A DNA stretch of 64,000 nt from a virus. Below, piece after piece: positions 10,143-20,271 of the stretch. Each line of letters starts with the position of its first letter. Positions within the stretch are counted from its first letter, which is position 1. The stretch is from IMG/VR virus record IMGVR_UViG_3300028584_001241. One strand, 5' to 3'. The notes under the pieces were generated by a model. The model had not been told where the DNA came from, made no database searches, and saw nothing but the letters and a program-made list of their open reading frames with translations. A program made the position numbers and the translations under genes.

Positions 10143-10910
10143 ATGAATAAAGAATTACTATTAACTATTATTCGTGAGCACAACATCACATTAACTGAAA
10201 CATCCATTCAACGATTAATAGAGTTGGCTGAAATTCAGGCCAACTGGGATGGTCGTGATGCAGAACCTATGGATGAGAATTCCTGCAGAGATCTCTGTCA
10301 TTTTTTAAGCACTGTAAAAGAAGCTATCCCAACTGACATTGGATTTTTCTTTAATCATGAAGGATCTATGAGCATTAACTGGATGTTAGGTGAAAGATTA
10401 GTGGACGTTTGCTTCGAACCAGAAGCTACTTATCTTTACATGACAGGTTATGACGATGGTATTGCACTCCCTAGGTCAGTGTTTAAACATTTCAAATACA
10501 CCGATCCAGAAAGCTGCTTTATCAGCTATAAAACAAAATTGGAGATGGTTTCTGGAATGTTATATAAATTGAGACAAGAGACAGCTAAAAATTTAGTTGA
10601 AGTGATTGCTTATGACTATGGTTGGGGCGAACATGGAGATGAATTAGAAATGAATACAGATGCCTTACATTCATTTGTTCATTTTATAGATAACTTAGAG
10701 GTGTTACCGGAAAAAATAATTATTTTTTTAACCCACGAAGGATTCTTAGAAGTCGTGTTGATGGATTATGATCCGCGTCACGAAATAGAATTTACACCAG
10801 AAGGGTTGCTTTTTTTCTTAGCCCCCGAATATGACATGACAGAAGTCAGCAAAAACAATTTTAACCAATATAAAGATATTAACGATTTTCTAACAGGAGA
10901 AACAAAATGA
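10143..10910 (+). CDS. hypothetical protein with internal domain duplication
   Basis: NWDG..EPMD..HF..P..I.FF.HEG repeated as GWGE..LEMN..HF..P..I.FLTHEG. Confidence 0.75.
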   Translation: MNKELLLTIIREHNITLTETSIQRLIELAEIQANWDGRDAEPMDENSCRDLCHFLSTVKEAIPTDIGFFFNHEGSMSINWMLGERLVDVCFEPEATYLYMTGYDDGIALPRSVFKHFKYTDPESCFISYKTKLEMVSGMLYKLRQETAKNLVEVIAYDYGWGEHGDELEMNTDALHSFVHFIDNLEVLPEKIIIFLTHEGFLEVVLMDYDPRHEIEFTPEGLLFFLAPEYDMTEVSKNNFNQYKDINDFLTGETK

Positions 10911-11269
10911 GCAGATTAGCAATGATAAACACCATGAAAATTTTTTTAAAAACAGAAAGACCGCATCGTGACGGTGATGGACACAAAGTTAAAGTATTAT
11001 TCTTAAAAGACTATGTGTTGTATGCATTATTAAGAGAGAAAAAAGACTTTACTAACTGTGCTACTGATAAATCGCAAGCTATTTCGATTGCTCTAGACTG
11101 GTTAAGTGCTGTCGAAAGATCCAGAAAACAACTAGAACTTAATAACTTAGAATCGTGGGATTTAAAAGCATTAAAATATAAAATAGGTGTTGACTTCACT
11201 GTTGAAGATTTGGTACAATTAGAACACGCAATAAAGAACCAAATAGATAAACTAAATGTTGAAAAGTAA
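10907..11269 (+). CDS. hypothetical protein (YVLYALLR motif)
   Basis: SD AGGAG, ATGA overlap with the previous gene; motif resembles FMLYAIIK of 11900. Confidence 0.75.
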   Translation: MSRLAMINTMKIFLKTERPHRDGDGHKVKVLFLKDYVLYALLREKKDFTNCATDKSQAISIALDWLSAVERSRKQLELNNLESWDLKALKYKIGVDFTVEDLVQLEHAIKNQIDKLNVEK

Positions 11270-11297
11270 TCAAAAACTAACCATTAGGAGAATGACC

Positions 11298-11897
11298 ATG
11301 ACTATGTAGATTGATAAAATTGAAAACCTTAGCTTCAACGATCTTGTTAAAGAGATGAAAGCTTGTGAACAAACACAAGGCATGAATGTTCTTCAACATG
11401 GATTGTCAGTCAATAAATACTTTCAGGATTTGAAAGATCACATTATTGATGGAAAACCATTAGCTCTCGAATGGAGACTTCCTGATTGGATTTACAATAA
11501 ATCTATCTGGAGTAACTTGGCAGATGACAAAGACATCAAAACCTATCAGATTTATCACGACTGTGGTAAGCCATTCTGTTTGACAATTGATGAAAATGGT
11601 AACCGTCACTTCCCTGACCATGCACAAGCATCTGGTCTAATCTGGCGTAAAATCGGTGGCACTGAACTTCAAGCTCAATTGATGGAGCATGATATGGATA
11701 TTCATTTGCTTAAAATGGATGACTTTGAAGATTTCTATGCACTTCCGTTCGCTGCAACCCTATTGATTACTGGTTTCTGTGAGATTCACAGCAATGCTGC
11801 TATGTTTGGTGGTATTGAATCAACAAGTTTTAAAATCAAGTGGAAAAAGATTAACAAAATCGGCAAAAAATTTAATGATAAACTATTAGGAGAATAA
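11298..11897 (+). CDS. HD-domain phosphohydrolase with in-frame TAG at codon 4
   Basis: QHG...YHDCGKP...HFPDHA...EHDMDIH; AGGAG-7nt-ATG ACT ATG TAG ATT GAT, open in frame into ATG 11355. Confidence 0.8.
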
Positions 11898-11899
11898 TC

Positions 11900-12328
11900 A
11901 TGAACGCTATTGAAAAAAATGAAACTATCGAAACAACTGAAATGAATAAAAGAGACTTAATTAAAAAAGCGGTTGTCACATTCCGTGAAGGCTATAAAGA
12001 GAATAAACATGTTTGCACCTTAGAAGTCTTTATGTTGTATGCAATCATCAAAGGAAAACATGTGGATGTAACCATTAAGGATAATCACTACAAAGAAGGC
12101 TGCAATCCATTTGATCACCACCCAGTATTCAAATATAACATTGAAAAGGTATCAAATATCAATGCGGGTATTTTGCTGGAGTATGGACAAGGTGCAATCA
12201 GAATTATTTCGAAGAGTAATTATATGGTTAACTCAGTCAATGAAAAAGTTAAATACTTCTTCGGGCTAACACCAGTGGAATTTGAGTTCTTGCTCAATCA
12301 ATATGTAGAAGAAAGAAAAGCCTCTTAA
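11900..12328 (+). CDS. hypothetical protein (FMLYAIIKG motif)
   Basis: SD AGGAG; last gene of the Pth2 operon. Confidence 0.75.
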   Translation: MNAIEKNETIETTEMNKRDLIKKAVVTFREGYKENKHVCTLEVFMLYAIIKGKHVDVTIKDNHYKEGCNPFDHHPVFKYNIEKVSNINAGILLEYGQGAIRIISKSNYMVNSVNEKVKYFFGLTPVEFEFLLNQYVEERKAS

Positions 12329-13059
12329 TGAGGCTTTCTTTTTGATACGTGAGGTAACTCATAATCTATGACAGAAACAATAGTATTTGGTAAGAACTCA
12401 AACGCATTTTCATCGTGTGCATAATGAAGATTAATAAAGTTAGCTTGTATGTATTCTTTGAATTCAGCAACATCATTGAAAACAATTCCATTTACTGGTT
12501 TCTTCTCCATAATGATTTGATTAACCGTTTTTTCATAATCGTGAGGATAAGATGCTGTTGGCTTATCAATCGGTATTAAGTCGCCCACTCTAAAACTGGT
12601 AAAGTTTGGATAACCATATTCAAATGGAATACCATAGGGTGCGGCTTGCCTCATCTCTTCCAAGGAGTATGACTTAGTATTACTGTTAATAAAGAAAAGA
12701 GAATGCCCAGATTGACCTTGCCATTCGCCATTTTTAGGAATGTTATGTGTGTCTAATTCAACAATATTTTGACTGATGTAGTCAACAATAAAGCGTACAT
12801 TTTTCCCCTTTTTGTCGTTCTTAGTAGCACTCATGGAAAACTTGTTAATGACATATCCTCTGACTTCTGAATTTCGATTAACATAGTCCACTAATCTTAT
12901 TAAGGTATCGGGTTTTTCGTAATCAAATTTTTTCATGAGATACACTATCTCTTCATCAAGCTCGGCCTGAGAGGTTATTCGTTGGTGTCTATTTTCTGTT
13001 TGTGCAAATGAAGTTGTAGTAATTAAAAATAAGCTAGTAAGTAATATGCGTTTTAACAT
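12325..13059 (-). CDS. secreted hypothetical protein
   Basis: Signal peptide ending SFA. Confidence 0.75.
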   Translation of the reverse strand: MLKRILLTSLFLITTTSFAQTENRHQRITSQAELDEEIVYLMKKFDYEKPDTLIRLVDYVNRNSEVRGYVINKFSMSATKNDKKGKNVRFIVDYISQNIVELDTHNIPKNGEWQGQSGHSLFFINSNTKSYSLEEMRQAAPYGIPFEYGYPNFTSFRVGDLIPIDKPTASYPHDYEKTVNQIIMEKKPVNGIVFNDVAEFKEYIQANFINLHYAHDENAFEFLPNTIVSVIDYELPHVSKRKPH

Positions 13060-13207
13060 TATTTTCTATGTGTGTTTATATAAAATATTACACTATAATA
13101 CTAAAAAGTCAAAATTAGATTTAATTATTTATTGTTATTTTTTTATAAAGTGTTAAGCTTGAAAATGAAAGGATCTCTAAATGATAATTTAAAAAAGGTG
13201 GTTAATT

Positions 13208-13870
13208 ATGATTTTTAAAACTCTTGCTGAAAATGAAGAACATTCCAATCTACTTGAAATAGCTCAGCATATTACAATAGATCAAACAAATATATTCCCA
13301 GAGAAGTTTTTGTTCTATGTGTTTTCAAAATATGATTTACACAGTCTTTCAATGGAGTTTAGAAACAAAAAAACAATTTCAATACGTTCTCTGGTTGACC
13401 ATAAGTTAACCGAAATTGCAATACTTGAATACATGAATAATGGTGATTCAATTATTTTGACAGATGAAATATTATTTGAACCGGGCGAAATAAAAAATAT
13501 AAGTGATCCATTAATAAGAGAGAATGGTTTTGCTAACTACAACAATTATAACAATGTTAAAAAATTCTTAACAGTTCCTTTCTTTGGTGATTTAGACTAT
13601 CGAGTGAGTGCTCAAGCTGCTTACCCTTATGGTGGAGACGCATCCTTACGTTTTGTTAGACATCATAAAATAAATAATTGGTCATCCACAATAAGTATAC
13701 TATTAGATTACATAGATAAAACACAAACAAAGTTAACAGACCAAAATCTAAACTCATTTAAAGTCATATTGTCTGATTTGTTACTTATTGATCTATCTGA
13801 TGAAAATCATGAATCGTTCATCAGAAATAGTAGTAATTATAATAAATTAATTGGAATGAAACAAATTTAA
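13208..13870 (+). CDS. hypothetical protein with C-terminal tail motif
   Basis: Ends LIGMKQI. Confidence 0.7.
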   Translation: MIFKTLAENEEHSNLLEIAQHITIDQTNIFPEKFLFYVFSKYDLHSLSMEFRNKKTISIRSLVDHKLTEIAILEYMNNGDSIILTDEILFEPGEIKNISDPLIRENGFANYNNYNNVKKFLTVPFFGDLDYRVSAQAAYPYGGDASLRFVRHHKINNWSSTISILLDYIDKTQTKLTDQNLNSFKVILSDLLLIDLSDENHESFIRNSSNYNKLIGMKQI

Positions 13871-13948
13871 AAAATAAATTGAATACCTTACAAATTGACA
13901 TTTATTCTAAATATTCTAGTATAATAGTAATAAACTTGGATTAGTAAA

Positions 13949-14458
13949 ATGATAAAAAATAATTGTTTGTTAGATATCAATAACAATCTTGAAGTTAAAT
14001 TATTATTGTTATCAGTTTATGATGATATTTCTGAAGAAATAAAGAGATTAGATACAATTGCCTATACTCATACTGAATTACCTGTCGATCCTGATCTTTT
14101 AATCAAAATCAGAAATATATTCTTTGTCATAGGGAATAGAGATAAATTTAAAGAATTAAACTCTGAAATTTATGGTTATCATGAGAGTGATACGCTACCT
14201 GAATATAGACACATTGCGGTGTATCAAGAACAATCAGAACACTCTTCGGTGCCGGATGGCCGTCATTCTTTATATCCTAAAGAAAACTATGTAAAAATTG
14301 AAGCCTATAACTGTCGTCTACCTGTCATAAAAATCTACGAAAAAGCAAAAGAAGAACATACTCGTAAAGAAATACAAAAAGAAATATACCAGAATGTCTT
14401 AAATAGTGCTCATGATTACCTTTGGTATATAATGGAAGAATGTTTTCAAGAAGAATAA
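13949..14458 (+). CDS. hypothetical protein
   Basis: TTGACA/TATAAT promoter upstream; terminator downstream. Confidence 0.7.
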   Translation: MIKNNCLLDINNNLEVKLLLLSVYDDISEEIKRLDTIAYTHTELPVDPDLLIKIRNIFFVIGNRDKFKELNSEIYGYHESDTLPEYRHIAVYQEQSEHSSVPDGRHSLYPKENYVKIEAYNCRLPVIKIYEKAKEEHTRKEIQKEIYQNVLNSAHDYLWYIMEECFQEE

Positions 14459-14570
14459 AAAAGAGTTCAATACTCTTTTTTTTTAAATCATATAGAAAAA
14501 ATGGAGTGTTATTGTTGAATTATGTTTTGCTTTGTGTTAAGCTTAAAGGACTTTTTTAGGGGCTATAATA

Positions 14571-15440
14571 ATGTTAGAATTACATATAGAAAATTACAAG
14601 GAATTTCTTGAGGCAAAAACAGAAATTATAAGTAATGAACAATACAAAATAGTCGAATATGAACAGCTTTTATTGGTAAAAAAAGCTGAGCAAGTCAAAC
14701 GTTCGTTTCTTAAAAAGTTTTTTGATAAAAATGAGCATACAAAAGTTAATGAAATTATTGAAGCCATTCAGTCTTCTACCCATACAATCGAAAAAACAAA
14801 AAAAGAAATTGAAGAACGAAAGGTTTTTCTTATTGAATATGGCAAGAACGCTATTATCGCCAGTAATGATGCGAATGGTGAAAAAAATAGAAGACTGATA
14901 GCTGAAAAAGAAGCTTGTTTTGAAATTAATAGAGTAACCAAAGAAATTGAAGATATTTGTATTATGGCAATAAAAGCTCTTGAAAATGGTATTCGATTAT
15001 TAAACGACCTCAACGTTGCTTATCATAAAGGCTTGTATGAACAAGACTATAATGTCTACATGGTTTCGATAAATAAGAATTTTGGTGAAGCTATTGCGAC
15101 GGTATCAAGGTTTAAGAAAGCCGTAAAATATAGTAAAGACCAAATGTTAAATTATGATCCTAAGATTGATACCAGTTTTTATGAGCCGTTAATTAATATC
15201 ATCAATGATGACAACTCAGAGAGTATTGTTCTTCAAGAAAATATGTCATCATCGAATAAATACATACCGATAGTCAATAATACATTGGCAGTTATTCATG
15301 CTAGTTATAAACTGGTTAAAAATCTAAATGAAAAACATACAAAAAGATACAAAGAAAAAGAAGCAGAAGTGAGCAATTATACTATGGACATCGAGTTAAT
15401 AACCAGAAAAATGTTAAAAGACAGTGGTATAAAATTATAA
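14571..15440 (+). CDS. coiled-coil protein, paralog of 60319..61206
   Basis: Similar N-terminus (SFLKKFF vs NFFKRLF) and C-terminus (LKDSGIKL vs LNDLGISI). Confidence 0.7.
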   Translation: MLELHIENYKEFLEAKTEIISNEQYKIVEYEQLLLVKKAEQVKRSFLKKFFDKNEHTKVNEIIEAIQSSTHTIEKTKKEIEERKVFLIEYGKNAIIASNDANGEKNRRLIAEKEACFEINRVTKEIEDICIMAIKALENGIRLLNDLNVAYHKGLYEQDYNVYMVSINKNFGEAIATVSRFKKAVKYSKDQMLNYDPKIDTSFYEPLINIINDDNSESIVLQENMSSSNKYIPIVNNTLAVIHASYKLVKNLNEKHTKRYKEKEAEVSNYTMDIELITRKMLKDSGIKL

Positions 15441-15448
15441 AGGAGCTA

Positions 15449-16258
15449 TCAAGCTCCTTTTTTCTCTTTAAATTTTTCAACCATTTCTGTTGCTTGCTCG
15501 ATAAGTGTAGGATATAAGGTATTCAACCCATTAATAGCTGTCTCTTTAACATGATTAAATTTGTGACGATACATGGTTTCAATATCGTTAGGGTCAACCA
15601 GATAAAACTCTCTCATTCCATTACCTTCGGCAACCAACGAAGCGGCTGGGTTTACTTGTAAGCTGCTGCCTATCACAATAAATAAATCAGATTCTCTAAT
15701 ATGTCTTCTTGATTCATAAAATATTTCTTCATCCAGATTTTCATTAAACAAAACAACATGAGGTCTTAATTGTGAATTGGTAGCTGGACATCTATCGCCT
15801 ACGTTGATGTCTTCTAATTGATCATAGAATATCTTTGTATTGGCAATCGGTCTTGATTTCATGATTTCACCATGAAGATGTAATACTTTAGTGCTTCCTG
15901 CTTTTTCATGCAAGTTGTCAACGTTTTGAGTGACAATAACCACATCAAAATATTCTTCAAGCTTTTTAAGTAATAGATGAGCTTCATTAGGTTCTGCTGA
16001 AATAACCTCACGGCGTCTCATGTTATAAAAATCATTAACTTTGGGGAAATTATTACGAATAGCACTGGCGGTGGCTATTTCGTCAATAGAATGGTTATTC
16101 CACAAACCATCGCTGTCCCTGAACGTTTCAAGGCCACTTTCACGAGAAATACCCGCACCTGTAAAGATGGTAATTTTTGGTTTGTAATTTTCAACGCTTA
16201 TATTTTCTTCTAAGGTTTGCTCGTATTTTTTCTTAATACCTAATATTTTACTGAACAT
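15449..16258 (-). CDS. cobB: Sir2/CobB-family NAD-dependent deacylase
   Basis: GAGISRESG, TQNVDNLHE, LHGE, RPHVV, IGSSLQV.PAA. Confidence 0.92.
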   Translation of the reverse strand: MFSKILGIKKKYEQTLEENISVENYKPKITIFTGAGISRESGLETFRDSDGLWNNHSIDEIATASAIRNNFPKVNDFYNMRRREVISAEPNEAHLLLKKLEEYFDVVIVTQNVDNLHEKAGSTKVLHLHGEIMKSRPIANTKIFYDQLEDINVGDRCPATNSQLRPHVVLFNENLDEEIFYESRRHIRESDLFIVIGSSLQVNPAASLVAEGNGMREFYLVDPNDIETMYRHKFNHVKETAINGLNTLYPTLIEQATEMVEKFKEKKGA

Positions 16259-16376
16259 AGCTCATCCTTTTTTATATTTTTGTATTATACATCTTTTAGA
16301 CATTAAAGTCAATTATGTTGAATTGACAACAAATATAAATTGTTATATAGTCTCAAGATTATTAGAGGTAAATACT

Positions 16377-16667
16377 ATGGCTTATTTTATGAAATTACAA
16401 TATGCAGCAACAGGAGAGGGTGCTCGAAATTACTATGTATTATCAACAGTGAACAGTAAAGAAGAACTTTATAACAAGTGTATAGAAGATGGCATTGACA
16501 GCTATTTCATGCAATGTGCTGAATTTATTCATGTTGATGACTTAACTGAAAATGATTTGAAATTCATTTTAGCAAACATACCTAAAATGCATATGGTTAT
16601 TCAGAATAAAATCTATAAAAAAGGTACGGTTTGGATACGGTATGATGATTATCTAAATTTCTCTTGA
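16377..16667 (+). CDS. hypothetical protein
   Basis: GAGG SD before ATG 16377. Confidence 0.7.
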   Translation: MAYFMKLQYAATGEGARNYYVLSTVNSKEELYNKCIEDGIDSYFMQCAEFIHVDDLTENDLKFILANIPKMHMVIQNKIYKKGTVWIRYDDYLNFS

Positions 16668-16750
16668 ATTATTTTTCAAAATAATCAAAGAACCAGATTG
16701 ATATAATTTCAGTTTATTGTATAATAACTGAAAACAATGAGAGTCGTAAA

Positions 16751-17353
16751 ATGAAAATAGTTAAAGGGTTTCTTAATCCCTTACTGGTCACCTTTGCACT
16801 TTTAACAATAACTGGGTGTTCCACTGCAAGTAAGACAACAACCTTTGACTTTACAAAGTTATCCTGCGGAACAAGTTTTGTTAAACATTTCAAATATGAT
16901 GAAGTAGAAATTTTAAAATTTAAAAGCCATCAAAACAAATCTGTCTTTTTGATGGGTAAGATAGACGGTATTGAAAAATGTGAAAAGTATCCCTGCACAA
17001 CTTGCAAACTTTTTATGTGTAAAGATCCACAATTCACTGATATTAAATACTACAACGAAGCTGAAAATAAAATATACAGCATGAATGGTAAGAAAACTAA
17101 TGACAGAAACAGTAATTACGTTGATAAATGGATACATAGAGATATCGTTAAAGGCAGTAATGCAGATTATGTATTTAATATTTCTCACAGAGAGGGTTAT
17201 GAATATGAGCAAGTCTTCAACATTAACAATGGCTACTTAGTCTATGAAATAGCAACCCCTATTAAAGTAGACAAAGAAATATATATAAGTCCCTGTGATG
17301 TGAAAGCACTCGACACCTATAACAGTTTTTACAGTTCATATCATTTACCATAA
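16751..17353 (+). CDS. lipoprotein
   Basis: Lipobox ITGC; Cys-rich segment. Confidence 0.7.
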   Translation: MKIVKGFLNPLLVTFALLTITGCSTASKTTTFDFTKLSCGTSFVKHFKYDEVEILKFKSHQNKSVFLMGKIDGIEKCEKYPCTTCKLFMCKDPQFTDIKYYNEAENKIYSMNGKKTNDRNSNYVDKWIHRDIVKGSNADYVFNISHREGYEYEQVFNINNGYLVYEIATPIKVDKEIYISPCDVKALDTYNSFYSSYHLP

Positions 17354-17373
17354 GAGCCTTCTGGCTCTTTTTT
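17352..17373 (+). terminator. intrinsic terminator
   Basis: AAGAGCC-TTCT-GGCTCTT followed by a T run. Confidence 0.75.
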
Positions 17374-17430
17374 GTTAACTTGACAAAAATCATATAAATA
17401 CTATTATTATAACTTTACAGGAGTTTTCTC

Positions 17431-18045
17431 ATGGCGTTAAACAAAAAAGACATTACAATCGGTTTTCTACTCATTTCGGTTGTTCTAATCGTTATCACAA
17501 TGTATTATGGTTTCATAAAATTAGCTGAATTAAAAGATTTAGAAACTAGAAATGAACCTATAGGTGGAATGTATGGCGTCAATCTTGGTGACAATGTTGA
17601 GACACTATTCAAAAATCCAAACCTATTTGCTATTGATAAAACAAGTGATAGCGAAACTAAATATGATTATATTACAACATCAGTCAGTGGAAGTGATGGA
17701 GAAAGTAATAAATTAATTATCTATGCAACAAAAGAAAGTGGTACGATTTATGAGATAATTTATAAAAAATACATTGAAAATGATTGTGAAATTGCTAATG
17801 TCGCTATCAAAAAATTAAGAAATCAATATGGTCTTGGTAATTACAATATAATGGATGCAATATTCAATATGAAATCAATTGATAAGGATAACCGATCAAT
17901 TTATGTTTCGTGTGGAACAGAGATTTTGGAAAGACAGAAGAAAATGAAAATTTATTATAACGACAAGATAATTGAAGACAAAATTAATGAAGAGTATGAG
18001 CAGTATAAAATAAAAAGACTAAACGTAGATTTAAAGATCAATTAA
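17431..18045 (+). CDS. membrane-anchored hypothetical protein
   Basis: N-terminal TM helix, SD AGGAG. Confidence 0.7.
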   Translation: MALNKKDITIGFLLISVVLIVITMYYGFIKLAELKDLETRNEPIGGMYGVNLGDNVETLFKNPNLFAIDKTSDSETKYDYITTSVSGSDGESNKLIIYATKESGTIYEIIYKKYIENDCEIANVAIKKLRNQYGLGNYNIMDAIFNMKSIDKDNRSIYVSCGTEILERQKKMKIYYNDKIIEDKINEEYEQYKIKRLNVDLKIN

Positions 18046-18128
18046 ATATATATGTTCAATATACTTGACAGTTTTTGGCAGTAATGGTAATATCGGTGGT
18101 AAATAGATAGCCAATTAGGAGCTTTAAA

Positions 18129-18278
18129 ATGAAACGCCAAGAAAAAGAAACAAACTATGTTTGTGACTTTATAAGTAAAATATTTGAATCATTCTTTCCT
18201 GCTGAGCCATATAATATTATGGAATCAAAAGAAAATAAACGTAAAAAAGAACGTTATTACAAAATGGAACAACGATAA
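18129..18278 (+). CDS. small protein, 49 aa (not in ORF track)
   Basis: AGGAG SD, MKRQEKETNYVCDFISKIFESFF..., hairpin after the stop. Confidence 0.6.
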   Translation: MKRQEKETNYVCDFISKIFESFFPAEPYNIMESKENKRKKERYYKMEQR

Positions 18279-18361
18279 GGCACTTAGGTGCTTTATTTTT
18301 TTTACAATTGATTATTTTTTTTAAAGGGGTAAAATTAGAGCATTCTAATAGGAACTGAACT

Positions 18362-18739
18362 ATGACACCAAAAGAAAAAATATTAAAAGAATTAAAACTC
18401 TACAACAGTGATGACGAATTGCTGTATGATTACATATTATCCAGAAAAAGAGATCTTAACATTTTACCAGAAGAAGATCGAAATCCAACAAACAAAATAT
18501 CGGGCTGTATGAGCATGGTTCATGTCTTAGTAACAAAGACAGATGAAGGCACTTTATTACAAGGTTTTTCAGATTCTGAAATTATTAGTGGCATATTAGG
18601 TATAATGTGTGCTATAATAAAGACAGATAAAGAGCCAAAATACAAAGAATATGAAGATATTCTGAGTGAGATTAAATTAGCTTTAAGTCAAAATAGACGT
18701 TTAGGTTTTGCAAGCATAATTAGTAAGATATTCCATTAA
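18362..18739 (+). CDS. SufE-family Fe-S/sulfur acceptor protein
   Basis: NKISGCMSMV, SDSEIISG, LSQNRRLGF match SufE GCxS, SD..IVxG and LS..R..G. Confidence 0.8.
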   Translation: MTPKEKILKELKLYNSDDELLYDYILSRKRDLNILPEEDRNPTNKISGCMSMVHVLVTKTDEGTLLQGFSDSEIISGILGIMCAIIKTDKEPKYKEYEDILSEIKLALSQNRRLGFASIISKIFH

Positions 18740-18834
18740 AAGGTATTGAATTAAATATCTAAGTAGTGTAATATAATATAAAAGGTGGCGAATCATTTCG
18801 TAGCCTTTTTAAAGGCTATAAATGAGGAAAACCT

Positions 18835-19005
18835 ATGAGCAAAATTGATGTGAAGGATATTGATCTTGACAAATTAGATGAACTTGCCGAAGATGATTAT
18901 TTCCACTCAAAAGAAAGAGTTGTAAAAGGGCAAAGGGCACTTGAAGAGTTAAAGGACAATGGGAGACACAAAAAACAAAGCCCAAGAAAAATTAAATCTC
19001 AATAA
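18835..19005 (+). CDS. small protein, 56 aa (not in ORF track)
   Basis: GAGG SD; MSKIDVKDIDLDKLDELAEDD... acidic N-terminus, basic C-terminus. Confidence 0.6.
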   Translation: MSKIDVKDIDLDKLDELAEDDYFHSKERVVKGQRALEELKDNGRHKKQSPRKIKSQ

Positions 19006-19079
19006 CCCCCGTTTTAATCAACAAATTAATGCACTCGTCAGAGAGCATTTTTTAATAACACAAATTGGAGATATATATC

Positions 19080-20213
19080 ATGACTACTGCTGTTTACGCA
19101 CTATCTGGCGACCCTATCACCTTCGGTCATATTGACATCATTAACCGTGCTGCTGCAGGCTTTGATAAGCTTATTGTTGGTCTTGGTGTAAACCCTAACA
19201 AAAAATATATGTTGACTCCTGATGAACGTTTAACGGTTGCCAAACAATCGCTCTCACACCTTACTAACGTTACCGTGATGTTCTTTGAAGGACTGTTGGT
19301 TGACTTCGCTTTTGAACAAGGTGCTAGCATTATTGTTCGTGGTATTCGAAATGCTTCTGATGCAGTAGATGAGCAAGCACTTGACCAGATCAACGGTTCT
19401 CAAATGGATATTGATACTTTCTTTATGTTTTCACGCTCTAAACTCGCTCATGTAAGTTCTAGCAACGTCAAAGCAATTCAAGCTGAGAATGGTCTAATTC
19501 ATGAGTATGTTCCACTTCCAGTTAAAAAACTACTTGAACGTAAAATTTCAAGTCAACTTGTCTATGGTATTACTGGTGTGATGGGTTCTGGTAAGTCGTA
19601 TGTTGCCGACCAATTGGCTTTGTTCTCTGAACAACAACATGCTGAGTCCGAAAGCAACCCACTGGTGTTTAACATTGAGCTGGATAAATTGGCACATCAG
19701 GTATACAGCTCAGATAAGCCACGTTACAAAGAGATTCGTGAACGCATTAGAAAACGTTTCGGTACCCTTGACCGTGCTAAAATTGGTCAAATAGCATTCG
19801 GCACAGAAGACAGTAAAGAACACGTTGATTTCTTGAATGAGATCTTCAAAGAACCCGTAATGGTTCTGCTTCGTAAAGAGCTTCGTGGTAAAAAAGGCAT
19901 TGTGCTGATTAACTCTGCGTTACTGGTGGAAAGTGATATGCTGAACTTATGCAACAACCATGTTATTTTGGTCGATGCTGAAGAGTCGGTTCGTCATGCT
20001 CGGTTGGTCGAATTTAGAAACATTGATCCAGTTGTCGCTGAAAACCGTATCAAGCACATGAAAAGCAATGGTGCCAAGAAAGCACAAATTAAATCGGCAA
20101 TCGCCAGTGTGCAATTTGGTAAAATTGTTAAGTTCAATAACACAGCAAGTGAATTGACTGATATTGCTAAATTATACGAACAACTTAAAGCTGACTACAA
20201 CGGCGAGCAATGA
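19080..20213 (+). CDS. coaD: bifunctional phosphopantetheine adenylyltransferase / dephospho-CoA kinase fusion
   Basis: DPITFGHIDII, IVRGIR, VSSSNVK (CoaD) followed by YGITGVMGSGKS, DKLAH, ALLVE (CoaE). Confidence 0.9.
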   Translation: MTTAVYALSGDPITFGHIDIINRAAAGFDKLIVGLGVNPNKKYMLTPDERLTVAKQSLSHLTNVTVMFFEGLLVDFAFEQGASIIVRGIRNASDAVDEQALDQINGSQMDIDTFFMFSRSKLAHVSSSNVKAIQAENGLIHEYVPLPVKKLLERKISSQLVYGITGVMGSGKSYVADQLALFSEQQHAESESNPLVFNIELDKLAHQVYSSDKPRYKEIRERIRKRFGTLDRAKIGQIAFGTEDSKEHVDFLNEIFKEPVMVLLRKELRGKKGIVLINSALLVESDMLNLCNNHVILVDAEESVRHARLVEFRNIDPVVAENRIKHMKSNGAKKAQIKSAIASVQFGKIVKFNNTASELTDIAKLYEQLKADYNGEQ

Positions 20214-20271
20214 AGATAAAAAACCCACTGAGAAGTGGGATTTTTTTTGTTTTTTTTAATGAATATCATTG

